A stretch of 12,435 nt of DNA. Origin: Octopus sinensis. Lineage: Eukaryota. Both the position numbers and the translations under genes were made by a program. The stretch is from assembly GCF_006345805.1 (NCBI RefSeq), contig NW_021826666.1:1-12435 (forward strand), given 5' to 3'. Position 1 is the first letter of the stretch, and each line of letters begins with the position of its first letter. This document shows, piece by piece, positions 9,589 through 12,435 of this stretch. The notes below the pieces were generated by a model that did no database searches, was not told the DNA's origin, and saw only the letters and a program-made list of their open reading frames with translations.

Positions 9589-9697
9589 AATGTTTGATTT
9601 TATGTCCAGTTGTAATAAAAACAATTTACATTAAGCTGATGGGTTACTCTATACTTTTGGAGAGTGAAAATTTATTATTCTTATACAAGAATGGTTT

Positions 9698-9906
9698 TGA
9701 CAGCGACTTCGAAGTTTCGGCTAGCTAATTTATCGTTGGACTGCGATGCGTTAGAGTTAGTTTTGCTTTTATATAGTTTCTGTTGAGTTAAAAGCATCCA
9801 TGGGTGATGATTTTAACTCAACAGAGACTACATAAATGCAAAATTAATTCTAATGCATTGGTGTCCAACGATGGCTTAGTTAGCTGAAACTTCGTAGTCA
9901 CTGTCA
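9698..9906. repeat. Long imperfect inverted repeat (101-bp arms, 7-nt spacer); foldback, MITE-like or hairpin RNA
   Basis: 9698-9798 aligns without gaps to the reverse complement of 9806-9906 with 17 mismatches; the spacer is CATGGGT. Confidence 0.95.
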
Positions 9907-10221
9907 CTACCTATCTATCTACTTATCTATCTATGTGTGTGTGTGTCTGTGTCTATGTGTATATGTGTTTACAAGACATTACAAATAAGAATGGGGAATT
10001 ATAGATCCTCAAAAACGTGTTTGTTACAGTATTATATACGGTACATTTACTTTAAATTTCTGTCCGACACGTGTTTCTACTTTATAGATATCCTAAGATG
10101 TGACATTTAATTGCATCCTTTTCTTTCAATTGCATATAATTTCATCCAGAGTATCCGTATCTGCAGTTTTATTCAAAGTATTACCACTAGGGTATTTTGA
10201 AGCGAATTGACGTATTTAGTG

Positions 10222-10225
<4 letters not shown>

Positions 10226-10271
<46 letters not shown>

Positions 10272-10291
10272 CATACATATACGTATATATA

Positions 10292-10329
<38 letters not shown>

Positions 10330-10410
10330 TTATGTATATATATATATTATATATATATATATATTATATATTATATATATATATATAATATATATAGATA
10401 TATATATTAT

Positions 10411-10452
<42 letters not shown>

Positions 10453-10495
10453 TATATATATATAATATATGTATACATTATATATATATATAGAT
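10226..10495. repeat. (TA)n microsatellite region
   Basis: Pure (TA)n at about 10226-10267 followed by degenerate TA repeats. Confidence 0.95.
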
Positions 10496-10499
10496 AATG

Positions 10500-10659
10500 G
10501 GTTCTCCTGCCGAAGACGACGTATGAGCGTTCAGATTTTGCCGAACAGCCTTCACAAATCATTCGTTTATAGTGATCAAAAGTATGTGCCATACATTAGC
10601 ACACTGCCTCCATCAAATCGACTTTGCCTGAATAAGTGCCGGCCGCAGTCAAATGACTG
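10500..10659 (+). mobile_element. Highly decayed or collapsed SINE remnant
   Basis: TCGACTTTGCCT (10618-10629) matches the SINE at 7451-7462. GGCCGCAGTCAAATGACT (10641-10658) matches 9066-9083 at 17/18. AATAAGTGCC lies between them. Confidence 0.45.
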
Positions 10660-10801
10660 TATATGTGTGTATACACATGCATATAGACATATATATATAT
10701 ATTTATACATACATCAGATACACACGCACACGCCACACACGTGCATGTATATATATGTATATATATGTGTGTATATATATCTATGTTGTGTGTGTGTGTG
10801 T
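10660..10801. repeat. Mixed (TA)/(CA)/(TG) microsatellite
   Basis: Seen directly. Confidence 0.85.
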
Positions 10802-11246
10802 ACTAAAAATACTTTGCTAACAGTAATGTACTATGTCAACAGTAAGTTTTTATAAATGTAGCAAACGAGTCATCGAAAATAGTTCTACGTCTTAGCCGGA
10901 CTAGCTAGATATATCACCCAAACCTCCGTAACGTAATAAACTTGCTTTAAAAGTATAATCTTTGAACAAGAGAATGTATTCGGTATTTGGTGTACGTCAA
11001 TATAGATGACGAATGCCTTACAACAACGACTACAAAATGGTGGATATGAGACAATATGATATCTAGCAGGAAGAGAGCATATATTTGATCGCCATCAATT
11101 CTCCTGCAAACATACCCAGATAATTTTGTTGTAAGTTCCGTCGTCGTAGTTATGTTATAGTAGTTCACCAGAGACACAGTTGTCAACTCACTTCTGATTG
11201 TATCATATGTGAATATAATGGTATTTTGATGACCTTCAAAATTTAT

Positions 11247-11435
11247 CACGCACACACGCGCACACACACACATACGCCCACACATAGGTACACGCACACA
11301 CATTATTAATATACATACTTTTGTTTTATATATATATATATTATATATATATATATATTATATATATATATAATATATATAATAGATGCACACGCAGACT
11401 CAAACATATATCTATGTATGTATGTATGTATGTAT
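11247..11435. repeat. Mixed (CA)/(TA)/(TATG) microsatellite
   Basis: Seen directly. Confidence 0.85.
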
Positions 11436-11564
11436 AATGATAAATCATTTTCAGTCAAACGATTTTACGAGAGGGTTGTAATAATAATTTTTCATACGTA
11501 TACAACTTATACTTGAGGTCTATACGTGCGTGTCTACTTACTTGAATGCATATATGTTTGATGT

Positions 11565-11594
11565 TATATATATATATATTTATATAAATATATC

Positions 11595-11627
<33 letters not shown>

Positions 11628-11710
11628 ACACACACACACACACACACACACACTGATATATGCATATATGTATACGTGTGCGTGTCTTTGTGTATGTGTG
11701 TGTGTGCGTG
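11565..11710. repeat. (TA)n, (CA)n and (TG)n microsatellite
   Basis: Seen directly; pure (CA)n at about 11628-11653. Confidence 0.9.
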
Positions 11711-11712
11711 AA

Positions 11713-12190
11713 GGTGGGTGGTTTAGTGATTAAGGTATTTGGCTCACGGTCACAAAGTTGTGAGTTCACTTCCTGGTGCCGTGTTATTTCGACGTTGTTG
11801 CAGTCGACCTAGCTGGCAAAAATGAGTGCTACCTGTATTTCAAAAGGCCAGCTTGTCACATCCTGTACCTATTTCTTTATTACCCACAAGGGGCGAAACA
11901 CAGAGAGGACAAACAAGGACAGACATAGGTATTAAGTCGATTACATCGTCCCCAGTGCGTAACTGGTACTTAATTTATCGACCCCGAAAGGATGAAAGGC
12001 AAAGTCGACCTCGGCGGAATTTGAACTCACAACGTAACGGCAGACGAAATACCGCTAAGCATTTCGCCCGGCGTGCTAACGCTTCTGCCAGTTCGCCGCT
12101 CCCTCAGATCTACGTTAAGAGCATGCACGCTAATATCACGAGCAGGTTGTTCCGTTGATCGGATCAACTGGAACCCTTGTCGTGTTACCT
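11713..12190 (+). mobile_element. Older tRNA-derived SINE split by a younger SINE (pieces 11713-11865 and 12101-12190)
   Basis: A-box-like TGGTTTAGTGATT (11719-11731) and B-box-like GTTCACTTCC (11764-11773) at tRNA-like spacing. The body GCTGGCAAAAATGAGT...CTTGTCAC and the 3' part GTTCCGTTGATCGGATCAACTGGAACCC match my recollection of one octopus SINE consensus. Confidence 0.7.
11866..12100 (-). mobile_element. Full-length tRNA-derived SINE, same family as 7353-7593
   Basis: The reverse complement aligns end to end with 7353-7593 (about 93% identity by manual count), with A- and B-boxes and the same AAAGAAATAGGTA terminus. Confidence 0.95.
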
Positions 12191-12435
12191 GCCTTTAAAG
12201 TTTGAATTTTAGCCTCTATTGCCGATGTACCGGATATCGTGATCGTCTATTTTCCTGGGAATAGCATTAATATTATGATCTCTCATTGTCATAACTACAA
12301 CAATAACCACCGATCATCTATTACCTGTTTCTGGTCAGGTATCTTCGAACGAGTGTAGCGAGCTTTATTTGTATGTGTGTGTATGTGTGTGTGTGTGTGA
12401 ATTCGACATGTGAAACCGTTAATCCAGACACGGTT

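Noticed and set aside
11005-11125. YDI*QEESIYLIAINSPAN, faintly like an RLE PD..D/E motif
   Set aside because: Too short and degenerate, with no flanking motifs.
11826-12158. Two ORFs sharing RPRKDERQSRPRRNLNS (also 7331-7513), resembling a duplicated gene
   Set aside because: Both are antisense readings of the same SINE family.
12241-12328. Imperfect 16-17 bp direct repeat GATC(G/A)TCTATT..CCTG
   Set aside because: Short, two copies, and compatible with chance or old decay.

Overview
AT-rich, repeat-saturated eukaryotic DNA with no recognisable host gene. The SINE families and dense (TA)/(TG)/(CATA) microsatellites look like an octopod cephalopod genome (my recollection, not a database result). 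The window holds: two decayed HERO-like restriction-like-endonuclease (RLE) retrotransposon ends (1-558, ~8180-8590); a minus-strand RTE-clade LINE relic with three tandem C2H2-like zinc fingers and a (TATG)n tail (1747-3400); a 5'-truncated R4/Dong-clade RLE element lying inside a (CATA)n array (5331-7003); a probable LINE linker fragment; and at least four tRNA-derived SINEs, one with a 14-bp TSD and one nested in another SINE. Most ORFs in the supplied track are microsatellite or antisense-SINE artefacts. The most unusual structure is an ungapped 209-bp inverted repeat (9698-9906) whose transition mismatches mostly read as G-U pairs on the + strand.
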